Virus record (IMG/VR): IMGVR_UViG_3300021433_000004
Span: 1-61,396 of that record
Reading direction: 5' to 3' (one strand)
DNA length: 61,396 nt
Origin: a virus
Taxonomy: Duplodnaviria; Caudoviricetes
In this document: positions 19,281-29,168 of the stretch, in pieces
Layout of the letters: each line of letters starts with the position of its first letter
Numbering within the stretch: position 1 is the first letter of the stretch
The notes under the pieces: model-generated
Databases searched by the model: none
The model's input: the letters and a program-made list of their open reading frames with translations, nothing else
Told to the model about the DNA's origin: nothing
Program-made: the position numbers and the translations under genes

Positions 19281-22200
19281 TACTGGAGCCTCGTCACTGC
19301 TGCACTAAGGGCGTAGGTCGCAGTTCCTGTGTTGCATTGAGAAAAGGTCGTTGCATACTGCACAATAGTTCCGTTTGTGTCGATGTTAAGGTCACCGCTG
19401 GCCCAAGCTCCCAGCGTGGTCGCGCCCCAAAGCATCGTGCCACTTGAGGCAAATCCGGTAAGACTCGCATTGACGGCTGATCCACCAGCTATAATGGGAA
19501 CCGTTTGTGCCGAGTGCGCCGTTCCATTTCCGTCCGTCCAGGTCAGCGAGAAGAGAACGCCGCCAGTAGTGTTAGCAGTGCAGGCCGTTCCTGACTGATA
19601 AATAGCGATATGAACGTGGTATGTCCCAGCCGTATTACAGGCACCAGCCGAGGCCGCGCAAAGCGTTGCCGTGCTCACGCTGGCTACTAGCCCGGTAGAT
19701 CGGATGGCCCCTGGCTGTGCGCGGACCATCGTGCCGTAACTCGTACTGCCGTTCGTCGCAGCCTTCCATTCATGCGAAGTACTGTCGGGGTAAAGGTTCG
19801 ACGTGCCAGAAACGTTTGTAGCCGACGTGCCTTCTGTGGCGCACAACCCACCAGCCGAGCCGAAACTTGTGCAATTCGCCGCGCCAAGCGTTGCCGAACC
19901 TGCCGCAGCAAAGTTCCCCGACGCTCCGAAGCCAAACTCTTTCGTCGCTCCTGAAGTTGAGAACACTCCGTTCGTGAAAGTGCCGAGAGTATAGAAGTCC
20001 GCCAGATCGCCAGCCGCTACCGTCTCGTTCAGGATCAGGGGAACTTGGCCCGTTCCGCCTGCACCTGTGGTGTTAATTCCCAATGCGCCAGAAGTTGTCG
20101 TTGTCGTGTTGGCGTTGGTGAAGACATAAGGATAAGTCAGATTCGCAGTCTCGACGCCTGCCCGAGTCACTTCATGCCCAGTCCCGGTTTCCGTGATTGT
20201 GGTCTGCGCTGCTGATCCCGTGAGTAGACTTTCCGCAAGAGAAACACCTGCCAGCACCCCGCCCGAACTCAAAGTTGCCGTCGCGTCTGGAGTCTGCGAA
20301 GCCTGAGAGCCGCCGCCTGTCATTAGGGCCGTAGAAGTCAAAGATGCTGCGCTGGTCACGCACGTACCGCAGGCAATCGTTCCTGTAGATGTGATCGTCC
20401 CGCCCGTGATCGGCGAGGTTGTGGCAATACTGGTTACTCCTCCGCTACTGGCCGTCTGCGGATTCTGTAGTTGCCATTCCGTGCCATCATAGATCGCATC
20501 AGCGATTGCCGTAGTCGTTAAGTCATTCGCAACCAAGGCCGTAGTTCCCAGCTTGGTGATGCTCTTGGCCGTCAAGCCATTGACTGCGAGCGTTGGGGCC
20601 GCAGCCGTATTCGCCGCCGTGGGGAGCCAGCGTACTTCCACACCAGCGGTCAGGGCTGTGACTGCCGGCGTCAGGGTAGCAGTTTGCGCCTGCGCCGTTC
20701 CCGCGCCAGCTACATAGAAATTCGGGCTGGTGTCCGAGGCTCCAATTAATGCTGCGGCCGGGGCTGCTGTAGAGCCAGTATTATTTCCCCAAAACTGATG
20801 CGCGGTGAAATTGCTGACGATGGTTGAACTGGCATTCAGGACGCAGCCTTCATCGGTAGTCTGAAATATCACATCGAAGCAGTGATTCGTTGCATTCGCG
20901 TACCAGCCATCAGTTCCCGAGGCTCCCGTATAGGCTGTGCCTTCCGCCGCGTCCGATCCGCCAGCCGTTCCTACCGTGGGAGCCGGGGCGGAGGACCCAA
21001 AGAATCCCGTCCCGAGCTGAGTGCTGTTTCCGGCCTTGTCTACCTTCCATTGCGATGTGCCGCCAATCTGCAAATCCTCTAACAGCGATCCAGCGCCCGA
21101 GGCAGTATTGGTGACGTTCTCTAAAATGCCAGCATCGACCGCGCCTGTAGTGTTCCAAACGGGAGTGATCTTTAATGCAGGCAAAGTCTGTGAGCCTGTC
21201 AGAGAGTCAGAAACCAGTAAAGGAACTGCCGTTGATCCCGCTAAGGTGCTGGCAGCTACTTCCACGTCAGAAGTTCCCGTCGCGGCGCTGGTCTCGCCGA
21301 AGGTCATGGCCGTCTGCGAGTTCGTAGTATTGGCGAAATTCATCGTCCATGTATTGTTTCCGTTCGCCAATGTTGTATTCGAGACAAGGGCCGTTACCGA
21401 ACTCAAGGCCGGAGTAGAAGATGCACACGTTCCGCCATTGCACTCGGTAGCATTGATACCGCCAGAACCGATAGCCTGAAGTAAGCCTCCTGTGGTCATC
21501 TGCACGCCATTGGCTGTGCCCCTCGAAGTAATCTGAATCGGGAGGGCAGTAGAGCTAGCTAGCGTTTGCACATTGAATTCAATGTCTCCCGTGCCCGTCG
21601 CGGCCGTAGTTTCTCCAAACGTAAATGCGCTCTGCGAGTTCGTAGTCTGTGCCCAGTTCCAGACTTGCGGGTTATTCCCGTTTGCCAAAGTGTTTGAGGC
21701 GCTAGCCGCCGTCAGGGATGAAAGCGATCCGCCCCCGCTTTGCGCTACGCAATCGCTAGCCTGGGGAGTAAAGACGAAGTTCGCCGTATTGCAGCCCGTC
21801 AAACCTTGAACGAGTGTTGCAACCTGCGATGCGGTCGTTGCAATCAATTGCCGCGAGGAATTAGACCCCAGAAGTCCGGTAGAGGCTGGCACTGCCGCAG
21901 TATTGATCTGATCGGCGCTGACGTGTCCTGTCCCGCTGGCCTTGAAGACACTTCCCGAAGTGAGTACTACGCCATCAACAAGGTTTGTACCTGAATCCGG
22001 TACACCTGCGGTGAAGATCGAAGTCGAGTTCGATTCGCACTTTTCGATGTCAAGATACCCGGCGTTTGGGTTTGTCCCGTAAGTGGTATTCAGGGCAACC
22101 CAGCCGCAATCACTGATCTGCTTGATTGGCGCAGTCCAAGCTAAAGCTGAGGTTGAGCCTTCATAACTCGCGGCGTAAGGGCTGGTCGCATTGTTGACCG

Positions 22201-23893
22201 GGAACAGTAACGCCAGCGGAGGCTGGGAATATGAGCTCCCTGTCTGCCCGCTCCAAGTCCATTGATTCGTGAATGCACTGGGGATGCTGACCGTACCATT
22301 GCCGCCTGCCGTCGAGAAGCCGTTGCCGAACTGCACGGAAGTCGTGCTCGAGCATCCTGCCGTAACCGAAGTGTTATTCCAAGTCAGCGAAGTAGAGCAG
22401 TTTGGCAGAGTGACGGTCTTGAAGACTCCCGCCGTAGAGCCTACGATGATTTGGTTCGCTGCAATCGCCGTCGTGGTTCCTGATCCCGCGCCCGGTATCG
22501 CAGCAATCTGGCCCCAGCCAGCATTCGCTACATCATCATAGAAATTCCCATCCCCGGATACTGCCATGCCTGAATTCCCCGAACCCGTAGCCGCAGGAGT
22601 GCCGGAGCCGGCGATTGGCACGGTAGTCAAATAATAGGGGCCTGTCAGGGTGAACTTTGAGGCAGTGATGCCACCCGAGGGCGTATACGTCAGCGTCGTG
22701 CCATTATCAGAGAGGTTCGGGCTGAAAGCACAATTCCCGGAATTGTTTGTATAAAGAAAATTGCCAATGCTCGGGGCTAGCCAGGTTAAGGAGCTTCCGC
22801 CTGAGCCTACACATGGCACCTGCCCTGCGCCAGCAGACGAATTATTCAGATTCGTAAGAGGCAGCACGAAAGAAGGATTGATGGAGGCAATGATTGCGCC
22901 CGTCGTCGGAGAAATTGTCAGCGAAGTATCGCTATTGGAAACTGAAGTCACTGCCCCATTCGGACAGCCAGAGGTCGTAGCTCCTCCGTTCGCATCCGTG
23001 CAAAGGTTCGAACCCGTGCCTGAAATCGTGCCCGAAGAAAGTAGGTTCGTATCTGTGCCCTGAATAGCCTTGGAGGAGGTTACCGTAGAAGCCGTGGCGG
23101 CAATCGGCACTTGTCCAGTAGTCATGCCAGATAGTCCGCTGCCGCCTCCTCCACTGCCGCAATCCGCGCCCGTAGCGCTGAGAACGCCGGAGGTCTCATG
23201 CACACAGAACGGACCTCCGGTCATGTTTGTAGTCAGGTTCCCAGTAAACGAGCCTGTAGTAAAGAAGCCCGCAGCCGGGGTAGTCCCGCCAATAGTAGGC
23301 GGAGTAGCATAGTTTTGCGTGGCGAAGGTTCCAAATGCCGTGTCATTGGTTTTGGTGCAGGTAACTACGCCGCTCGTCGTATTGATCGTGCAATCGCCTG
23401 AAGGAGTGAAGGCTCCGAAGACTGAACCGGCATTGGTCTGAATCTGTCCCGCCGAGCCTCCGGGGTTATTCGTCCCCCCTCCCCCTCCCCCTCCTCCAAA
23501 GCGTGCAGCAAGGTTTGAAGCAGTCAGCTTTACGACCGCGGTGTTTGTGACCGTATTGCCGCACAGCCGAAACAGCGTAGCGCTGGTGACAAACGATTGA
23601 TAGGTATTGTTGGATGTAATCGTGGCTTGTGATGTGGTTGAGCCGTATGGCGTTACCGTCGTATTCTGCGGGGCATCGCCGCCAATCGCTACTTCGGGCT
23701 GAATCGTCCCGGACCATGCCGATCCGCTGGCGGAATTAGTGATGGAGATACCGACTACACCCTTCCCGGTCACATCGATTTCAACGCAGCCAGAGGCGGT
23801 AATCGTTCCCGTAACTGGAACCGAAGTCTGCGCTCGCGCCATGCCTGCAAAGGCGAGAAGCACAAGAGCAAGTGCCTTTCTGTTTAGATTCAT
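19280..23893 (-). CDS. 1537-aa signal-peptide tail-fibre-like protein
   Basis: MNLNRKALALVLLAFAGMARA-Q; Gly linkers; phage fibre module ANTAAAPTLAVNGLTAKSI...YDGTEWQLQNP. Confidence 0.8.
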   Translation of the reverse strand: MNLNRKALALVLLAFAGMARAQTSVPVTGTITASGCVEIDVTGKGVVGISITNSASGSAWSGTIQPEVAIGGDAPQNTTVTPYGSTTSQATITSNNTYQSFVTSATLFRLCGNTVTNTAVVKLTASNLAARFGGGGGGGGTNNPGGSAGQIQTNAGSVFGAFTPSGDCTINTTSGVVTCTKTNDTAFGTFATQNYATPPTIGGTTPAAGFFTTGSFTGNLTTNMTGGPFCVHETSGVLSATGADCGSGGGGSGLSGMTTGQVPIAATASTVTSSKAIQGTDTNLLSSGTISGTGSNLCTDANGGATTSGCPNGAVTSVSNSDTSLTISPTTGAIIASINPSFVLPLTNLNNSSAGAGQVPCVGSGGSSLTWLAPSIGNFLYTNNSGNCAFSPNLSDNGTTLTYTPSGGITASKFTLTGPYYLTTVPIAGSGTPAATGSGNSGMAVSGDGNFYDDVANAGWGQIAAIPGAGSGTTTAIAANQIIVGSTAGVFKTVTLPNCSTSLTWNNTSVTAGCSSTTSVQFGNGFSTAGGNGTVSIPSAFTNQWTWSGQTGSSYSQPPLALLFPVNNATSPYAASYEGSTSALAWTAPIKQISDCGWVALNTTYGTNPNAGYLDIEKCESNSTSIFTAGVPDSGTNLVDGVVLTSGSVFKASGTGHVSADQINTAAVPASTGLLGSNSSRQLIATTASQVATLVQGLTGCNTANFVFTPQASDCVAQSGGGSLSSLTAASASNTLANGNNPQVWNWAQTTNSQSAFTFGETTAATGTGDIEFNVQTLASSTALPIQITSRGTANGVQMTTGGLLQAIGSGGINATECNGGTCASSTPALSSVTALVSNTTLANGNNTWTMNFANTTNSQTAMTFGETSAATGTSDVEVAASTLAGSTAVPLLVSDSLTGSQTLPALKITPVWNTTGAVDAGILENVTNTASGAGSLLEDLQIGGTSQWKVDKAGNSTQLGTGFFGSSAPAPTVGTAGGSDAAEGTAYTGASGTDGWYANATNHCFDVIFQTTDEGCVLNASSTIVSNFTAHQFWGNNTGSTAAPAAALIGASDTSPNFYVAGAGTAQAQTATLTPAVTALTAGVEVRWLPTAANTAAAPTLAVNGLTAKSITKLGTTALVANDLTTTAIADAIYDGTEWQLQNPQTASSGGVTSIATTSPITGGTITSTGTIACGTCVTSAASLTSTALMTGGGSQASQTPDATATLSSGGVLAGVSLAESLLTGSAAQTTITETGTGHEVTRAGVETANLTYPYVFTNANTTTTTSGALGINTTGAGGTGQVPLILNETVAAGDLADFYTLGTFTNGVFSTSGATKEFGFGASGNFAAAGSATLGAANCTSFGSAGGLCATEGTSATNVSGTSNLYPDSTSHEWKAATNGSTSYGTMVRAQPGAIRSTGLVASVSTATLCAASAGACNTAGTYHVHIAIYQSGTACTANTTGGVLFSLTWTDGNGTAHSAQTVPIIAGGSAVNASLTGFASSGTMLWGATTLGAWASGDLNIDTNGTIVQYATTFSQCNTGTATYALSAAVTRLQ

Positions 23894-23903
23894 TGAGTGT
23901 CCT

Positions 23904-26900
23904 TTACGGTACTGCGATGGCCGACCAAGTATTGCTCGGGTAACATACGTACAAAACCGTCGAAGCTGAAGATGCGGAACTGTTCGAGTCCAAATCGCCT
24001 ATATTGCAATTGGCTGTAGGAACTCCAGCCGTTTGGGAGAGTGTCATGCCATTGATCGTTACCGGCTGAGTGCTGCTGTAAGTCAAATTCCCCGCCCGGA
24101 GATTGGCCCAAGTGCCACCGGAGATATTGGTGCTCGCAAGGCCAGGATAGCCAGACGTCAGACTGCTATCAGTTCCCGTTAGCGTGAAGCCTTGGGTAAT
24201 GTCCATTGCCGTGATGCTGCTTCCGCTGATCTCCAAGAGCAGATAGTCATTGATGGCACACGGAGTTCCGCCCGATGTGATCGCCGTCGGAGCGCCAGCA
24301 ACATATTTGTAGATCACGCTGGAAGATGCGGCGAGACACAGGAAAAAGTAGCCAGTCTCTGCCGAATTTGACATGCGAACGCCAATGCCGGTGTCAATTG
24401 ATCCCAAAGCGGTAATCTGGGCAACGATATACTGGCTATTGGCGAACGTTGAATTCGTGTAACTGCAGAAGACTTTATTGTCACTGCCGACTGCCAGCAC
24501 CGCAGAACCGCCTGAGATATTGCATGCGGCCCCCGATCCGCCATTCGTAGTCCAGCCTGTAGCCGAGCCAAGAACATTGCTGACTTGCGTACCTGAAAGA
24601 GTGAATGGAAAAGCCACGCCAGCGGTATTTCCTAGAACGGTAAGGTTATTGAAATCCGTGATCGGCGTTTGAAAGAATTTCCCCGCCGAAGTCAGCCGCT
24701 CGCCCCAAGACTTGTTATCGCCCGTATTGGCGATATATTGCGAGATCGCTCCCGGAGCTCCGATGCTCAATTGGGCATTACCCGCGCTGGTTCCTGCTGG
24801 TGAATCAAAGCCCAGATAGACATCGTTCGCATCCCATAAAGGCCTGTGCGCGGCGTTCGCAATTGTCTTGTATGGATTTGAGTCGTGCAAGGTAACGAGA
24901 TGCTGCGGATAAAGTGCCTGCTCGAATCCGAGAAAGTTCAAGCGTCCTTTTAGCTGATCTCCGAGAGGCTGCGTTATAGACTGGCTATTCGGCATCAAGG
25001 TCGCTCCCGAAGCCAATCCGATTGTCTGCCCTCCAGCGGCGAAGCTCATATTGGAAGCCCCAATTGCCACGCCCGGAGTGGGCTGATCCTCATTCAGGGC
25101 AAAGACTTCTAATTGGTTTGGCAGGGTAGTCACATATCCTGCAGCCGTCGATCCCGCTGGCAGGCCGCTATCCGAATACATCAAAGCCCCGCCCCCTAAA
25201 ACAGCCGTGCCGGGGAAGTTCCATAACTCTGGGATTAGGGCTGGATTCGTAGCGACGGTATAGGACTGCAAGGTCGTCGTCGTTGAATCGTTCATCGTGC
25301 AGATATAGGCCGAGCACTGCGCGATGGGCGATGAGGTTAAAGCATTTGTAGCCGTGCCGAATGGGGCCGTTGGCTGCTGGCCTACTGTATTTGAAGTTCT
25401 AAGTACCTGATATGTGACTGTACTCCCTGTCTGGGAAGCATATCGAGGCCAGCCAATAGCATAAGACGCGCTAGAGGTAGGCTGGGCATCGCCAAACCGC
25501 AGAGGCACAGAAGCATTCGATCCGTCATTAATAACGAGCCAGTATTCGTAGTTCGTTGTTCCGCCCGCAGCATTTGAAAAGTTTGGCTCAAAACCCTGCA
25601 AGGAAGGCGAATGTCCATCGGCGGTCTTCGTTAGATAAAGCGGTGCGCTGAATTGCTCCGCACCGGCCGCGCTGATCGAAGACAAGTTCCCAGTAGGAAA
25701 TCCGGCCGCGATCATGAAGGGGTTGTAACACCCTCCGACTTCCTCATAGAGCCCGTCCAGCATCGTAGGCCCGGAAGATCCCCGCAGCGGCCCTGCCGCC
25801 AAACCATACTGGGCAAATCCTTGAATCACCGAGAACCCGGTCATCACCAAACCTTGCCCTGCCAGCCATTTCACGCCATTGCCGAAGCAATTGATGGTCA
25901 TCGAAACATGGCTCAGCGTCCCAAGAGGCGTTCCTGCCGGGCCGCCAGGTCCGTAAAGCACTTGCCCGCAATAATCTGGTCCGCAGTAGGTGCCACCATC
26001 AATATCGCCATTGTCCCAAAGGAAATTCTGATCCCCATCGACAACGATGACGGAATTTAGGAAGTTATGCCCTGCGAATGTCGAGAAATCATAGTAGAAG
26101 TCTCGCAGGGTAACGGAGAAGCCATTGTCCTCAAGAAAGGCATGCTCTGGAGCATTGCCGCCCGGCGTTGAGGCCGTAGCAATGGTTCCCGCTCCCGGCG
26201 TTCCCCCATGCGTGCAATTGTTATCCGTAAACGTCCATTGCGAACTGGAAGAGGTTGCCACCTGATAGATGCCCCAGTAGTGCGGGTTATCGGTCCATTG
26301 AATATCTACCCACCCGCCTACCGGAGGATTCAAGGTCGTCGTGATCGTAGAGACATTGGCCGAGCAGGAAGTCTGCGTAATGGAGGCACCGCTCTGCGTC
26401 GTCTTCGTGAAGGCCCGGATGCCATGAAACACTACATTCGCGGCATTCGTGAAAAAGCACGTATCCCAAATCGCTTCGCAGTCAATCATTGCCCCGGAAA
26501 CGTCGATATCGGCATAGCCTTGCGGAACGTTCACGCGACCGCGAATGACATAAGGCGTTGTTGATGCCGGATTGGATGGCGGAAATACAACATGATACAG
26601 AACACCTACCGCGCCCGTGCCGTTAGTAGCCGCATCCGTGATCGTTTCTTGAATGCCCGAGGAAGCACTCCCAATCGCATAGCCGTTATTGTGCGTGTTC
26701 AGGGGCGTGAAAGTGATCGTGCCCGTTGACCCAGGGACACAGCTTCCTCCGCCGGTCATTTGCACAACTTCCGGCGTGCCTACCCCGAAGATATAGACAT
26801 TTGTTGTCGAGTCACTGCCGAAGATTCCTAATGGACATGGTGCTAGAGTCACCGTTGCGGGCGTGTTCGCTACCAGCCCGCCCGTAGGATTGCGCGACCA

Positions 26901-27515
26901 GTTATAGCTGGGCAAAACGTAGCGAATGTTTGCCAGATTGTTTGCCGAGAAGCTGGTTGCTACGGGCTGCACGATGGGCTGCGTCGCCGAAGGCCCCAGA
27001 GAGACATTCCCCGTTCCTGTCCCGCAGGAAGGGCAGCCAAAGGTATTTCCTGTGAGCGTTAATGGCGAGGCTGCGGTGTAAGTCTGACCGCCTCCGCCAG
27101 TCCCTCCCGGAGTGATCGTAAAAGGTGAGTCCCCGCAGTTATTCTGCACACAGACAGTCAGATCATATGTCCCGGAAGGAATCCAAAACCCTATATTGCC
27201 CTGATTGTCGCCCGTAGGCTGGCAGGCCGAGGGCTGGGGCTGCGGAGTGTCCTGCGAACCATTAGGGCATGCTACGCCGAGCGACGTGTATGTGGTCACG
27301 TAGTTCGTGCAAGGAACCTGATTGGCTGGATGTGCGCACACATGCACGATCGGCGCATTGGGCGGAACATTTGCCACCAGCACTGGAGGATAGGAACTCG
27401 ATACGCTGGGCCAGGAGATATCGACGCGCACATTCTGGGCAAAGGCCGAAATAGCCAGAACGTGCCATACGACCAAAATCAGGGCTGTAGTATAGTGCCT
27501 TCGGAGGAATACCAT
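23904..27515 (-). CDS. ~1200-aa signal-peptide tailspike-like protein
   Basis: Likely start ATG 27515, hydrophobic leader ending SAFA-Q; N-terminal DNQGNIGFWIPSGTYD head-binding-like segment; beta-helix-like middle; lectin-like C-terminus. Confidence 0.75.
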   Translation of the reverse strand: MVFLRRHYTTALILVVWHVLAISAFAQNVRVDISWPSVSSSYPPVLVANVPPNAPIVHVCAHPANQVPCTNYVTTYTSLGVACPNGSQDTPQPQPSACQPTGDNQGNIGFWIPSGTYDLTVCVQNNCGDSPFTITPGGTGGGGQTYTAASPLTLTGNTFGCPSCGTGTGNVSLGPSATQPIVQPVATSFSANNLANIRYVLPSYNWSRNPTGGLVANTPATVTLAPCPLGIFGSDSTTNVYIFGVGTPEVVQMTGGGSCVPGSTGTITFTPLNTHNNGYAIGSASSGIQETITDAATNGTGAVGVLYHVVFPPSNPASTTPYVIRGRVNVPQGYADIDVSGAMIDCEAIWDTCFFTNAANVVFHGIRAFTKTTQSGASITQTSCSANVSTITTTLNPPVGGWVDIQWTDNPHYWGIYQVATSSSSQWTFTDNNCTHGGTPGAGTIATASTPGGNAPEHAFLEDNGFSVTLRDFYYDFSTFAGHNFLNSVIVVDGDQNFLWDNGDIDGGTYCGPDYCGQVLYGPGGPAGTPLGTLSHVSMTINCFGNGVKWLAGQGLVMTGFSVIQGFAQYGLAAGPLRGSSGPTMLDGLYEEVGGCYNPFMIAAGFPTGNLSSISAAGAEQFSAPLYLTKTADGHSPSLQGFEPNFSNAAGGTTNYEYWLVINDGSNASVPLRFGDAQPTSSASYAIGWPRYASQTGSTVTYQVLRTSNTVGQQPTAPFGTATNALTSSPIAQCSAYICTMNDSTTTTLQSYTVATNPALIPELWNFPGTAVLGGGALMYSDSGLPAGSTAAGYVTTLPNQLEVFALNEDQPTPGVAIGASNMSFAAGGQTIGLASGATLMPNSQSITQPLGDQLKGRLNFLGFEQALYPQHLVTLHDSNPYKTIANAAHRPLWDANDVYLGFDSPAGTSAGNAQLSIGAPGAISQYIANTGDNKSWGERLTSAGKFFQTPITDFNNLTVLGNTAGVAFPFTLSGTQVSNVLGSATGWTTNGGSGAACNISGGSAVLAVGSDNKVFCSYTNSTFANSQYIVAQITALGSIDTGIGVRMSNSAETGYFFLCLAASSSVIYKYVAGAPTAITSGGTPCAINDYLLLEISGSSITAMDITQGFTLTGTDSSLTSGYPGLASTNISGGTWANLRAGNLTYSSTQPVTINGMTLSQTAGVPTANCNIGDLDSNSSASSASTVLYVCYPSNTWSAIAVP

Positions 27516-27804
27516 GAAAACCTTAGTTTTGATTCTGGCGCAATTGGCGGCCAGTGGAAGTGATGCGTACTTCACAGACCGAAACATGCATCAGAGGCAG
27601 TTCGTTGAATATGATCCCATTGCCAAACCGTTCACTCACAGCCGCCCTGCTTTCATTGCCGCATCTTCGTTCGGATGCGGAGTAGAAATCGTGATGCCGC
27701 GCCTGCTGCACAAGCGCAATCCGCGATTATCTTTGCTGATGTCAGGCACGGGTATAGCCGCTAGTGGTTTCGGAGCCATCACAAGCGCAGATCGCACTCG
27801 TTAA
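27514..27804 (+). CDS. Antisense small membrane protein (DUF5658-like)
   Basis: GGAGG at 27503-27507; DAYFT...EYDPIAKPF; hydrophobic segments; exactly fills the intergenic gap. Confidence 0.65.
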   Translation: MKTLVLILAQLAASGSDAYFTDRNMHQRQFVEYDPIAKPFTHSRPAFIAASSFGCGVEIVMPRLLHKRNPRLSLLMSGTGIAASGFGAITSADRTR

Positions 27805-29168
27805 TGGAAATTGCAGACGTAATACCATGTGTAGGTCGTCGTATTTGCCAGCGCAGAAGATGTGGATAATGTCCAAATTGTGCCTGTAGCTCCCGTGACG
27901 TAAATATCGGCTGCTAATGCCGCCGTCGTCGCTCCGTTCGGGGCGAATACGCAGGCATTTGAATTGTGCGTCCCCCCGAAAGTAACGGTAAAGATTAGGC
28001 CGGAGGTAGCACTGCCTCCAGTCGTTACCTGAATGACTCCGTTATTATCGAAGCAAGCCCCTACTGAGACACAAGCGGCCGTTCCCCCGGCTCCCGTTGC
28101 CGCCCCTGGGACTACCGAGGCGATCGCGGTATATCCTAAAAGCGAAGGTGGGGTTTGCGGCCTGAATTCAGGGCCGAATAGATCGACGGGCTCTGGTCCA
28201 ATGCCGCTTGCCATGACGATCCCGAGAACTTGTCCGCCTCCCGTTCCTGAAGTAGTCGAGAGAGGGTACGTTGCTCCCGCATCTTGGCACCAGCCAGCAA
28301 CGGAGGTATTGATAGTTACATAATCGCCTGCCGTCGTGCCCCCGCCAAAGGTGCAGGACGCAGGCCCGCTTTGCTGAATCGTGGCCGTACCGGTAATCCC
28401 AGCCCCGGCTACTACGATCCCTATAACTCCGCTCGTAGCGCCAGCGGGAGTGATTGTTGCCGTAGAGGGTGCACCCGTGAGACTTGCCAAAGCTCCGAGT
28501 ACAGTAGCTGTCACAGAATTATTGGCGATGCAAGCGTAGGTTCCCGGCCCGTTCTCTACGCCGCAGCCATTTATTTCCGTACCGCTCGTAAGATTCTTGT
28601 TGGTAAGATTCTGCGTTGCATTCTGGGTAACCAGTGTGTCATTGCCCGTGAGCGGTGGAGTATGCAGGATGTAATTTGCCGATTGCGGAATGACATCCAA
28701 AGTAGTCTGTGTACCCGAAGGCGATCCGAATACCAATTGGGAATCGGTTTCTGCAAAGAAAGTTTGGGCATCAAAGGTCTGCGATAACAGCCATGTATTT
28801 GCCGTGCCGAGAAGCGATTCATTCACTGCATTGACAGTCAGAATTGTTTGCCCGCTGGAGCAGTTTGTCCCGCCAGAAGTCTTTACGACGATGGAATACA
28901 GAGCGTTATTGAGATACCAGATATTCGCCGTTCCGCTGGCACTCAAAGGCACCGGATTTGGGTTTAGAATTGATCCAGTGTAGTCAGTGTATGTAGGCTG
29001 CGGCGTCGTCGAGTTCGTGTTATACGTGAATACACAGCCAAAAGAGTTAGGCTGGCCGTTCGGCAGCAGAGACACGAACTGCGGATACTGACCTAAGGCA
29101 ACACTCTGTGAGTGCGCGAAGCTCGCCGCGAACAAAAGTAGCGCAAAGATTGGAAGCCGTTTGTTCAT
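27801..29168 (-). CDS. Signal-peptide tail fibre/spike with podovirus head-binding-like N-domain
   Basis: MNKRLPIFALLLFAASFAHS-Q then NGQPNSFGCVFTY...TYTDYTG...NPNPVPLSASG..IW. Confidence 0.8.
   Translation of the reverse strand: MNKRLPIFALLLFAASFAHSQSVALGQYPQFVSLLPNGQPNSFGCVFTYNTNSTTPQPTYTDYTGSILNPNPVPLSASGTANIWYLNNALYSIVVKTSGGTNCSSGQTILTVNAVNESLLGTANTWLLSQTFDAQTFFAETDSQLVFGSPSGTQTTLDVIPQSANYILHTPPLTGNDTLVTQNATQNLTNKNLTSGTEINGCGVENGPGTYACIANNSVTATVLGALASLTGAPSTATITPAGATSGVIGIVVAGAGITGTATIQQSGPASCTFGGGTTAGDYVTINTSVAGWCQDAGATYPLSTTSGTGGGQVLGIVMASGIGPEPVDLFGPEFRPQTPPSLLGYTAIASVVPGAATGAGGTAACVSVGACFDNNGVIQVTTGGSATSGLIFTVTFGGTHNSNACVFAPNGATTAALAADIYVTGATGTIWTLSTSSALANTTTYTWYYVCNFH

Noticed and set aside
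12721-23893. Large proteins as tape measure or a host genomic island
   Set aside because: Beta-rich rather than helical, and translationally coupled within the phage late operon between ejection and lysis genes
12721-29168. Diversity-generating retroelement acting on the fibres
   Set aside because: No reverse transcriptase and no template/variable repeat pair seen
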